Part shown: piece after piece, positions 20,116-28,810 of the stretch | How positions within the stretch are numbered: the first letter of the stretch is position 1 | Layout of the letters: each line of letters starts with the position of its first letter | Source: Nitrospinaceae bacterium | Lineage (GTDB): Bacteria; Nitrospinota; Nitrospinia; Nitrospinales; VA-1 | NCBI GenBank assembly: GCA_029937655.1 | Contig: JAPYPK010000003.1 | Location: 1-38,602, forward strand | Direction of reading: 5' to 3' | DNA length: 38,602 nucleotides | Position numbers and translations under genes: made by a program | Notes under the pieces: model-generated | Seen by the model: only the letters and a program-made list of their open reading frames with translations | What the model was told of the DNA's origin: nothing | The model's database searches: none

Positions 20116-20850
20116 CTACTTAGTAGAAAATTTTTTCAGGAGATTGTTTAATTTATTTTTGTCTTCTTTTGTGTGGTTATCCATAGCATCTTCTTCAGGA
20201 CTATTTTTTATTTCCCCTTTAACCGCATCCAGCAATTCTTCTTTTTTATGTTTTATATCTTGAGTAATTTCATTAAGCGCACCTATTTTTTCTAATTTTT
20301 CTTGAACACCATCAAAGGACATCTCTGAGGAAAAATCTAAAAATTTATCGATGTAAGATTCTTGACTGACCAAGGAAATAATTTTCTCTAAATAAGGTGA
20401 AATAATTGATCCCTGAGTAACTTTTTCATAACCACCGCTAAATAAACCTAATGGAAACATCATAATAGCTACAATAACAAGCCCTTTTAGAAATCCAAGT
20501 CCCCCACCTACAATGCGATCAAGAAAGGAAATAGCAAGTGTCCCCTCAACACTTTTTCTGATCAATCGACCAAGCAAACCGAAAATGACTTTTACTATAA
20601 AAATAATAACCAGCCCTACTAAAATTTTAACAACAGTGAAAACTATCGTAAATTCTGCAATACGAGCCATAACCTCTTGAGAAACCATCGACTGAAGAAA
20701 AATGGCAAATTCCTCGTAGTAATCTATGGCCAAAACATAACCTACCAAATAACCAAGCAACGAAAATATTTCCCTAACCATTCCCTTAGAAAAGGAATAA
20801 ACAAAGGAAAAACCAACAATAAAAATAATAAAATAATCAAATAGACTCAT
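20116..20850 (-). CDS. cvpA: CvpA family membrane protein
   Basis: FDYFII...KGMVREIFSL, LDRIVGGGLGFLKG, and a charged C-terminal extension. Confidence 0.88.
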   Translation of the reverse strand: MSLFDYFIIFIVGFSFVYSFSKGMVREIFSLLGYLVGYVLAIDYYEEFAIFLQSMVSQEVMARIAEFTIVFTVVKILVGLVIIFIVKVIFGLLGRLIRKSVEGTLAISFLDRIVGGGLGFLKGLVIVAIMMFPLGLFSGGYEKVTQGSIISPYLEKIISLVSQESYIDKFLDFSSEMSFDGVQEKLEKIGALNEITQDIKHKKEELLDAVKGEIKNSPEEDAMDNHTKEDKNKLNNLLKKFSTK

Positions 20851-20909
20851 AGTAGCTAATTGGCAGCCGCATAAGCATTGCTACGCTAGGAAAATAATGA
20901 ATGATAAGG

Positions 20910-21419
20910 TCAGACAAGTTTATTGATATAATTCTCATAAATATGGCTAAAGGTTGACGTGTGTATATCGGGCTTTAATTGCATCAAGGCGCTTATTTCG
21001 GACAACTTCATATACTTACCCTCAGAAATCTCATTCTTGTTGATACAAATATTACCATCAGTAACACATTTATAAACACGAACATGCTCCCAAAAGGTCA
21101 TACTTTGGGCAGGAATGGATAAAACCTCATCTAATTTAACACTCGAAAGACTTAATTCTTCTTTAAGTTCCCGTTTAGCACAGCTAAAATAATCTTCCCC
21201 TGACTCTACATGCCCTGCTGCAGACGAATCCCATAACCCAGGGCTTTCGTCCTTATTCATCGACCTCATCTGAAGAAACAAGCTACCAATGGAATTAAAA
21301 ACAAGAATATGTGCCGACCTGTGCATTAAGTCCTTATTGTGGACTTGAAGTCTAGAAGCTTTACCTATAATCCGATCCTCTGAATCCACCACATCCAAAA
21401 TTTCTTCGTATTCACTCAT
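20910..21419 (-). CDS. Nudix hydrolase (YfcD/Idi-like)
   Basis: Nudix box GHVESGEDYFSCAKRELKEEL and HRSAHILVFN. Confidence 0.9.
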   Translation of the reverse strand: MSEYEEILDVVDSEDRIIGKASRLQVHNKDLMHRSAHILVFNSIGSLFLQMRSMNKDESPGLWDSSAAGHVESGEDYFSCAKRELKEELSLSSVKLDEVLSIPAQSMTFWEHVRVYKCVTDGNICINKNEISEGKYMKLSEISALMQLKPDIHTSTFSHIYENYINKLV

Positions 21420-21451
21420 ATGACAACCAAAAATATTAAAAGTTAAAACCT

Positions 21452-22780
21452 TTATCCTGATTTTTGATATTCTCGTAGATAAGAAAGTCTCGCCGGGATT
21501 TCCCCTTTCTCGCAGTAGTTATGCTTTGCAAGTAGTTTAATATCATCAACAACTCTTTTGTCGCCCTCAAAGAATATAGTCTGATACCCTTTATCAGCAA
21601 CAAGCCCACCAACTTGCAAAAGGCTCATAACCGACTTGGCATTAAATTTTTTCTCATCAACAATCACAAACAAATCCAGATCTTCGTACTTCCTAGCAAT
21701 AATAGATACAAGAGTTGATGGGCGAGCGTGAAAACCTAATGGTTTAGGAACAGGCAACTCCACTTTCACCACAATAGAAAAGCATTTCAATATTTCATCT
21801 GCCAGATTATTACCTTCATTGATAAAGTATTGACTATAAAAAAAACCGTAATTAACGATTTTGTCCAAAAGCACATTTTTATTAACTATCATAGAAATAC
21901 GTTTCCTATTCTCTCCAGGTCGGATTTCATCCTCATGACGCTCATAAAAATGCACCAACCATAAAGATACTTCAAGAAGATGCAAGGGCATTGACACATA
22001 ACCACGCAATACTTTTAACTCCTGATGTTCAGCCTCAAGCTTTGTATTTTTAACATATGTATCAAAATCCGATTGGGCATTATGAATTAAATTTTTGTGA
22101 AGACGGGCTCGATTTTCATTATATTTCTGCAAAACGGATAGCTTGAGTTCATTAATATCATCTACTCGAGAAATCTTTGAATCATTCATTAATTTCGAAA
22201 TATGTTTAATTTTATCGCATACTTCAATGACACGTTCTTTTTCGTCTTTCACTTCATCCTCGGCAACATTGCGCGGCAACCTTTTATAGGATTCAATATC
22301 AGAAAATTCAATCTGAATATCACTATCAATAGACATATTCAAACTATTTGATTCGGTATCAGCATATAACTCCTGAAGCAGGTTGAGGATAGACTGGTTA
22401 AGAAAAAACAGCACACCTACAGACTCTTTCTTAAATTCATTTTCTTTACTACTAGATTCTCTCAGATTGTAATAAGGGTATCGATCTAATATATGGCGAG
22501 TAAAAAAAGCTGCAATGGATAAGTTTCGTATTGATGCAAGACACTCAACAAAGAAACTCCATTTTTTATTTTCTCTTGCTCCATATTGATCCATAAAATT
22601 TTCTAAAGACTCGGATTCTTGAATAAGGTTCGAATAAAATTTTCTTGAGATATCTTTTTTCTCTTTGTTACGGCGCTTAAAAAGAAAGAGCACATTAAAA
22701 AATTGTTTACACGGGACTTCAGCCAGCGCAAGAAAATCTTTCTCGGATATAATTTGGGTTAACGATTTAGGTTCAGCCAT
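21452..22780 (-). CDS. Large protein with a C-terminal HPr domain
   Basis: GFHARPS and NAKSVMSLL in the last ~100 aa. The ~335-aa N-terminal region is not recognised. GGAG SD upstream. Confidence 0.85.
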   Translation of the reverse strand: MAEPKSLTQIISEKDFLALAEVPCKQFFNVLFLFKRRNKEKKDISRKFYSNLIQESESLENFMDQYGARENKKWSFFVECLASIRNLSIAAFFTRHILDRYPYYNLRESSSKENEFKKESVGVLFFLNQSILNLLQELYADTESNSLNMSIDSDIQIEFSDIESYKRLPRNVAEDEVKDEKERVIEVCDKIKHISKLMNDSKISRVDDINELKLSVLQKYNENRARLHKNLIHNAQSDFDTYVKNTKLEAEHQELKVLRGYVSMPLHLLEVSLWLVHFYERHEDEIRPGENRKRISMIVNKNVLLDKIVNYGFFYSQYFINEGNNLADEILKCFSIVVKVELPVPKPLGFHARPSTLVSIIARKYEDLDLFVIVDEKKFNAKSVMSLLQVGGLVADKGYQTIFFEGDKRVVDDIKLLAKHNYCEKGEIPARLSYLREYQKSG

Positions 22781-22869
22781 AAATCTCCATTCACCTTATT
22801 ACTAATAATAAAATTAAAGGTTATATTTGAAATAAAAAAACACGGTGATTAATTAAAACAATAAATTCA

Positions 22870-23409
22870 TCAAATCAAAGATTTGGAAATTATAGAAGCG
22901 GGAAGATATTTTTTCCAGATTTCCAAATGAGAGGTTGGGCCTGTTGGGATGTTAAAAAAAGGCCAATAAGAACCTGGCTTAGATGGTTTCGTGAGTAGTT
23001 GCATTCCTTTTTCGGAAGGTGTTTGATTACCTTTTTTTAAATTACACGGTTTACAGGCAACTACTACATTAATCCAATTAGATTTGCCGCCACGTGATTT
23101 TGGGAGCACATGATCAACAGTCAACGAATTATTAATTGTACCGCAATACTGACAAGTAAAGTTATCCCGACGTAAAATATTTTTCTTACTAAAAGAGATC
23201 CCCTTCCGTTTGGACCGTTTTACAATATTAAGAACACGAATTACTGCTGGGAGGTTAAATGTTGTTGTTGGAGTTCGGATCACATAACCATCACTTTCAA
23301 TAAATTCAGCTCGCTCATTAAAAACCATAATAATTGCGCGTTTTGCACTACAAAACTGAAGTGGTTCATAAGAATAGTTTAGAACCAAGCTTTTCACTGA
23401 ATTTAGCAT
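22870..23409 (-). CDS. HNH endonuclease
   Basis: LVLNYSYEPL, RRDNFTCQYCG, TVDHVLPKSRGG, ACKPCNLKKG. Confidence 0.93.
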   Translation of the reverse strand: MLNSVKSLVLNYSYEPLQFCSAKRAIIMVFNERAEFIESDGYVIRTPTTTFNLPAVIRVLNIVKRSKRKGISFSKKNILRRDNFTCQYCGTINNSLTVDHVLPKSRGGKSNWINVVVACKPCNLKKGNQTPSEKGMQLLTKPSKPGSYWPFFNIPTGPTSHLEIWKKYLPASIISKSLI

Positions 23410-23535
23410 AATTCAGGGCCTCTATAATTAACAGAAATCAACCACACTAAGAAAAAAAAATTAGACCTACAGAATTCTTTCTACATTTCATATGCGCTGT
23501 CAATATGGGTTGTATTTTTCAAACAAACAGCGTTA

Positions 23536-24951
23536 TTAAAAAATATTCCCCTTACCAAGGATAAATTTTGGGTCAAAAACCTCCTTAATAGCCTTAAGTT
23601 GAACTACAGACTCTTCTCCCACCATCATCAAAAAATATTTTTTCTTCAACTTGCCAATACCATGTTCAGCTGAAATAGTACCATTCCAATCAAGAATTTG
23701 CCGAACAAGCCTGGAATACAGTTCGTGGGCTTTTGAAACATCTTGTTCTTCGGGTAAAAAATTTATATGTAAATGATTATCACCAACATGACCAAAGACA
23801 ACATATTCAATGCCTGAACTCTCAAGTTCATTTTTATAAAAAAACATCATATCTTTAAAGTGTACACTTGGGACAGCCATATCTGTTCCTATTTTGGTTC
23901 TTTTAAGGCGGCTATTTTCTTCATTTAATAAAACAGGGATCGCGTGTCTAAATTCATGAAAACGTTTTAAATCACTGTTGGATTGAGCCATCCAAGAGTC
24001 ACTAAGTGCGCTAGTTTCTTTCAAATAATCGAACCACCCTTCTAATGCAGGATCATGGTCTGATTGTCGGTAAATATCATTTTCAAAAAACAGGGCGGAT
24101 TGAGCGACAAGAGGAATATTTGTAAACTTTTTGCGCAAGCGATTCAATGAGTACCTATCAAAATATTCAAGAGAACAAGGATTTATAAATTTATTATTTG
24201 TTTTTTTAATCAAATCAATGAAATCCCAGCACTCTTCCTCCATACTAAAAAATAAAATTCCGCTAATAAAAGACGTGGGGCGAACCTCAAGTTTCAATCT
24301 AACACGAGTAAAGATACCTAGAGTTCCATCAGAACCAATAAGCAAATCCAACCAGTCCATATTAGGCCTTACATAATAACCAGCAGCGTTTTTACATAGC
24401 GGGCTATTGTAGGTAACCTCAGGGAAAAATAATTGCTGCCCATCAGAAAAGCTAATAGGACTATCGATGGTTAACCCCCTTTTCAAAGTGGTCGAATTCC
24501 CATCAACCAGCATAATGTCTGCTTCAAGCACATAGTCTCTGGTCACACCAAATTTATAACTTCTAGAACCAGATGCATTGGTTGAAAGTGTTCCACCTAT
24601 AGACGCAAGGGTTTCAGTGGGATTAGGTGGATAGAAATATTCTGTGGCTTCTAGTTTTTTATATAGATTAGCAAGAGATGCAGCAGGACCAACGTCTATA
24701 ATGCCATTCTCTGGGTTACCAACACGATCAAATCGCTCAAGAGAAATAACACAACCAGTTTCTGGAATACGTGATGCTGTCAATCCTGTCCCAGCGCCTG
24801 CTATCGTAATTTGTTGTGTGTTCGTTTTTAAAAAAGATGAAAGTTCTTCAATAGATTCTGGGATAACAACTTTATCCGCATTACCTCCAATGTAATTTGA
24901 CGCATCCTTCAGGTAGGGAGAGATTTCTTGTGGGTCTGTCTTGCAAATCAT
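23536..24951 (-). CDS. FAD-binding oxidoreductase (GlcD / D-2-hydroxyacid dehydrogenase family)
   Basis: GAGTGL, ASIGGTLSTNASG, IGSDGTLGI, GHVGDNHLH, SAEHGIG. Confidence 0.9.
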   Translation of the reverse strand: MICKTDPQEISPYLKDASNYIGGNADKVVIPESIEELSSFLKTNTQQITIAGAGTGLTASRIPETGCVISLERFDRVGNPENGIIDVGPAASLANLYKKLEATEYFYPPNPTETLASIGGTLSTNASGSRSYKFGVTRDYVLEADIMLVDGNSTTLKRGLTIDSPISFSDGQQLFFPEVTYNSPLCKNAAGYYVRPNMDWLDLLIGSDGTLGIFTRVRLKLEVRPTSFISGILFFSMEEECWDFIDLIKKTNNKFINPCSLEYFDRYSLNRLRKKFTNIPLVAQSALFFENDIYRQSDHDPALEGWFDYLKETSALSDSWMAQSNSDLKRFHEFRHAIPVLLNEENSRLKRTKIGTDMAVPSVHFKDMMFFYKNELESSGIEYVVFGHVGDNHLHINFLPEEQDVSKAHELYSRLVRQILDWNGTISAEHGIGKLKKKYFLMMVGEESVVQLKAIKEVFDPKFILGKGNIF

Positions 24952-24975
24952 TTGAGTTGCCTGTCAATAATCAAA

Positions 24976-25656
24976 TCACAATGCATTAAAGTTTGTTTTT
25001 ATAAAGGTATTTAATAGATCGTAAGCTAATTCTCTAGCCATAGAAATTTTTTTTTCCTCCAGACACTCATTCACTCTTTTATTGCCAAGCAACTCAATGA
25101 GAAATTTTTTTCTATATTCTACTGAGGGGATCTTTTTTTTAGACTCAACCCTAAATTGACTTTGCAAGTTAATTTGCAGGAGCATCAGATCGCTAATAGA
25201 TTTTTTTATTAAAGGTTCAAGGTGTTGCCTTATGGATTTACTCAATAAGGGACTTCTACCACCTGTAGAAATAGCGACTTGAACTGTGTCATTAATATTA
25301 ATTACTGATGGATGACTAAAATCACTCGCTTGTGGATCGTCTGATGCGTATACATAGCAATCGTATTTTTTTTTCCCAACAATAAGAATTTCTCTATTTA
25401 TATCTGGATCATCAGTTGTTGCCAAAATCAAATCAAGTTGTTTATAGTCATTTAAAAAGTCAACACTTTCTATTTTTCTTAAATCAAGTGAAACTTTGCC
25501 TTCATCAGCGTAGTTTTTTATCGATTGTTCAGCTTGTTCAGTTACCACAAAAATCTCGCATTGCTGCGAAAGAAGGGCTTCAATCTTACGACTTGATTCA
25601 TTACCTCCACCCACAACGAGAGCACGCTTTCCTATCAAATTAAGATCAACAATCAT
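24976..25656 (-). CDS. Precorrin-2 dehydrogenase / sirohydrochlorin ferrochelatase (SirC/Met8p-like)
   Basis: LVVGGGNE, ATTDDPDIN, DDPQASDF, AISTGGRSP. No methyltransferase domain. Confidence 0.9.
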   Translation of the reverse strand: MIVDLNLIGKRALVVGGGNESSRKIEALLSQQCEIFVVTEQAEQSIKNYADEGKVSLDLRKIESVDFLNDYKQLDLILATTDDPDINREILIVGKKKYDCYVYASDDPQASDFSHPSVININDTVQVAISTGGRSPLLSKSIRQHLEPLIKKSISDLMLLQINLQSQFRVESKKKIPSVEYRKKFLIELLGNKRVNECLEEKKISMARELAYDLLNTFIKTNFNAL

Positions 25657-25786
25657 TATAAAAATCCATTTTATAATTCTAACATATATAACTATTCATA
25701 AATCCATCTGAAAATACGTTTGTAGATTCAGTAATACTCATATAACATTTCAATTTAAGGCGACATATATACTTTCTTTTGGGGGT

Positions 25787-26734
25787 TTGATGAATCAACA
25801 AAGTATTAGTAAAACTGCAGTACTAGACGGAGTCACTCTAACTTTAAGTAAACCAGACACAACTAAACCTGAATGGATTGGTCAAAGTGAAGTTTTAAAG
25901 CAAGTCTTAGCGTGCTGGATGGTTATATCAGATAAGGACCTCCCATTATCTCCTAGAATCATTGGTATGCCCGGAATCGGGAAAACCACTTTAGGAATGG
26001 TTGCAGCTTTAGAAAGAAAACAACCACTTTATATATATCAATGCACAAGTGATACACGACCAGAAGATTTAATTGTCACTCCTGTTTTGGCTGAATCAGG
26101 GAAAATTTCTTACCACGCATCACCATTAGTGACAGCAATGATTAGCGGAGGAATCTGCATACTGGATGAAGGAAATCGAATGAACGAAAAAAGCTGGGCT
26201 TCTCTAGCTCCTCTTCTTGATCACAGGCGCTATGTTGAGTCGATCATTGCCGGACTTAGGATAAAAGCCCACAATGATTTTCGTGCTTGTGTCACGATGA
26301 ATCATGATGAGTCAACATTTGAAATTCCCGATTACATATTATCAAGACTTCAACCTACCTTGTCATTGAATATGCCTAATACTGAAGATGAGATGGCCAT
26401 CTTAAAATATCACCTTCCATTTGCTGAAGAAGAATTACTCGAAATGACCGTTAACTTCTTACAAAAGTCTCATCAACTAGACCTTGAATTCTCTCCCAGG
26501 GACGGTTTACATATATTGCAATACGCGATGAAAAGGTTGATCCAAGACAAAGATCATCCAATAGCAAAAGATATGATTTGGCAAGAATCCATTCAAAAGG
26601 TTCTTGGGGACGACGCACTAGATTTAGATGTAATGGCAGAGAAGAAAAATCGCGCCTTAGGTGGAGCACAATTACCGCAAGGACTGGGTGATTTTTTTTT
26701 CGATGAAGATAGCCCAATTCATCCTGATCGATAA
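25787..26734 (+). CDS. MoxR-type AAA+ ATPase
   Basis: Walker A GMPGIGKT, Walker B ILDEGNRM, sensor I VTMN, Arg finger LSRL, sensor II FSPRD. The start may be ATG at 25790. Confidence 0.9.
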   Translation: MMNQQSISKTAVLDGVTLTLSKPDTTKPEWIGQSEVLKQVLACWMVISDKDLPLSPRIIGMPGIGKTTLGMVAALERKQPLYIYQCTSDTRPEDLIVTPVLAESGKISYHASPLVTAMISGGICILDEGNRMNEKSWASLAPLLDHRRYVESIIAGLRIKAHNDFRACVTMNHDESTFEIPDYILSRLQPTLSLNMPNTEDEMAILKYHLPFAEEELLEMTVNFLQKSHQLDLEFSPRDGLHILQYAMKRLIQDKDHPIAKDMIWQESIQKVLGDDALDLDVMAEKKNRALGGAQLPQGLGDFFFDEDSPIHPDR

Positions 26735-26739
26735 CAATA

Positions 26740-28566
26740 ATGGGTATCTTTTATCTCAGTAAAAAAATTCGATTTTTACCAGTAATACATGGCAGTGCCA
26801 GTTTCACTCGTATTATAAGAGACCGCTTATTATCATCTCCAACTGACTGTTTAGCAGTAGGCCTTCCTCCAGAGTTTCAAACAACGGTGAATGAGGGGAT
26901 CAATCACCTGCCCTTAATAACTCTGTGCTCTCAGAAAGAATCATCGGGTTCCTATAATTATGTCCCTATAGATCCTTGCCAACCCGTTATTATGGGCCTC
27001 CGCATCGCTTCGCAAGAAGGAATCCCTAGAAAGTTCATAGATTATAGTTGTGATGACTATGAACCAAGAAAAATAAACTTCCCTGACTCATACGCCTTAA
27101 GGCATATGTCTTATGAAAAGTTTTGCGCCACTCTTTTACTTTCCATTAAACGCCCTAAAGCTGACACGCTTCATGACAAAAGAGCACGGTGGATGGGATA
27201 TCAGCTTCATCAGCTAGAAATGGATTTTAGGAATATAACTGTCATCTGTTCGATTCTAGACTGGCCCTGGATAAAAGAAGCTTATGATGACAGAAAACCA
27301 TACGATAAAATATTTTCATCTTTCAACAATCCTAAAATATATGGGGTTGAAAAAGAAACACTCTTTTTTGCACTTGCGGAATTTCCTTACATAACTTATC
27401 TCAATGAGGTATATCGGCAACAAATAAAATCTGACAAAGAAGTTGTGGTTGATGGAATTAAAGAAATTCTAATAAAAGCTCGAGATATCTTCACTAAAAA
27501 ACATAAACTACGATTTCACAATCTCACATCACAATCTTTTCAAATATACCTACAGTACGTAAGAAATTTAACATTAATAGAAAGCCGCCTAACACCTGAT
27601 CTGTATACTTTAATAACAACTGCAAAACAATTCAGTGGCGACCCTTTCGCAATTGCTGTTCTTGAAGCGGCCAGAGCGTATCCTTTTCAAGACCTTAAAC
27701 ATACTAATCTCGAACCGTTAGCACTTGGAATAGATAAAGCCATAGACAGTGAAAATAACGCTATTAACATGAAAAATCGCCTATCAGAAAATCAAACAGA
27801 ATGGCGTGAAATCAACCTAAAACCAGAACCTGGCATAAAAAAACAAACTCAATGGAAACACAATTGGAATCCATATGGCCAATGCTCCTGGCCACCAGAA
27901 GATGATAAAATAGAAAGCTTTAATACTCATGTTCGAGAACAATCTAAATTACTTTTGAGCACTGACCTCGCAAGGTCCGAGAAGTTTACTTCCTCCACAA
28001 AAGACGGTGTAGATATGAGAGAAACACTTCGTCATTGGCACGAAGGCGATATCTACGTTAAAGAAATACCCCCCTCACGGGGACGTGTCGAAATCGTTGT
28101 TTTTATTTTTGACACAGAACCTAATCAAAATAAATATCAATGGTGTCAAACTTGGTATGCCGAACATAATGAAGAGTCAACATTATGTTTTTTTGCAACA
28201 AATTACATGGATGATATGATCGGTCCTGGAGTGGGTCGTGCTACATATGGCGGATGCATGATGATCTATCCACCTAGACCAATACCTGACATCTGGAAAG
28301 ACCCTAGAATTCATGTAGGAAAAACTTTAGAAGAAAAATTATTAGAAGCAGCTTTTTTTCATTCGCAAGAAAAACATATAACAGTGGTCACACCATGCCT
28401 CCCAAAGTCAAACTGGCGAAAACTTTCTCGAAAGTATCACAAAAGTATTATCCACATTCCTTTGAAACGTTTCTCTAATCAAACCATCGAAAAAGTTCGA
28501 AGATTTCATGTCCTCAATGGAAAACAAATTAGATCTTTTGCAAATCATTTTATTCAAGATTTATAG
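26740..28566 (+). CDS. Conserved hypothetical protein, probable MoxR partner
   Basis: 608-aa ORF starting 5 nt after the ATPase stop. Motif resemblance to YehM and YehP (see findings). Confidence 0.85.
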   Translation: MGIFYLSKKIRFLPVIHGSASFTRIIRDRLLSSPTDCLAVGLPPEFQTTVNEGINHLPLITLCSQKESSGSYNYVPIDPCQPVIMGLRIASQEGIPRKFIDYSCDDYEPRKINFPDSYALRHMSYEKFCATLLLSIKRPKADTLHDKRARWMGYQLHQLEMDFRNITVICSILDWPWIKEAYDDRKPYDKIFSSFNNPKIYGVEKETLFFALAEFPYITYLNEVYRQQIKSDKEVVVDGIKEILIKARDIFTKKHKLRFHNLTSQSFQIYLQYVRNLTLIESRLTPDLYTLITTAKQFSGDPFAIAVLEAARAYPFQDLKHTNLEPLALGIDKAIDSENNAINMKNRLSENQTEWREINLKPEPGIKKQTQWKHNWNPYGQCSWPPEDDKIESFNTHVREQSKLLLSTDLARSEKFTSSTKDGVDMRETLRHWHEGDIYVKEIPPSRGRVEIVVFIFDTEPNQNKYQWCQTWYAEHNEESTLCFFATNYMDDMIGPGVGRATYGGCMMIYPPRPIPDIWKDPRIHVGKTLEEKLLEAAFFHSQEKHITVVTPCLPKSNWRKLSRKYHKSIIHIPLKRFSNQTIEKVRRFHVLNGKQIRSFANHFIQDL

Positions 28567-28810
28567 TAATCCCCCTTTTCAACATAGCCTCTTAATACTT
28601 TTATTTATATCTTTATTCTTTGAGTAAGAATCACCTTAAATTTAAACAATTAGGCTTACCAATAAAATTTCTATATAATTTTAGTAAGTTGAGATTTCTA
28701 TTGACCTATACTTTGAACGTCCATTCAGCATTTTCCCTTTACCAAGATTAAATCATTCGATTATTTTTTATCCACATTAGGGTCTCCTTTTTTAACTAAC
28801 ACCATTTTAA

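Noticed and set aside
20910-21419. Type 1 isopentenyl-diphosphate isomerase (idi)
   Set aside because: The catalytic Cys is absent (SSAAGH instead of the ..CGHP-type motif), so it is kept as a generic Nudix.
23400-23428. XerD-like TTATGCTAAAT on the minus strand
   Set aside because: It is simply the HNH start region, with no XerC arm.
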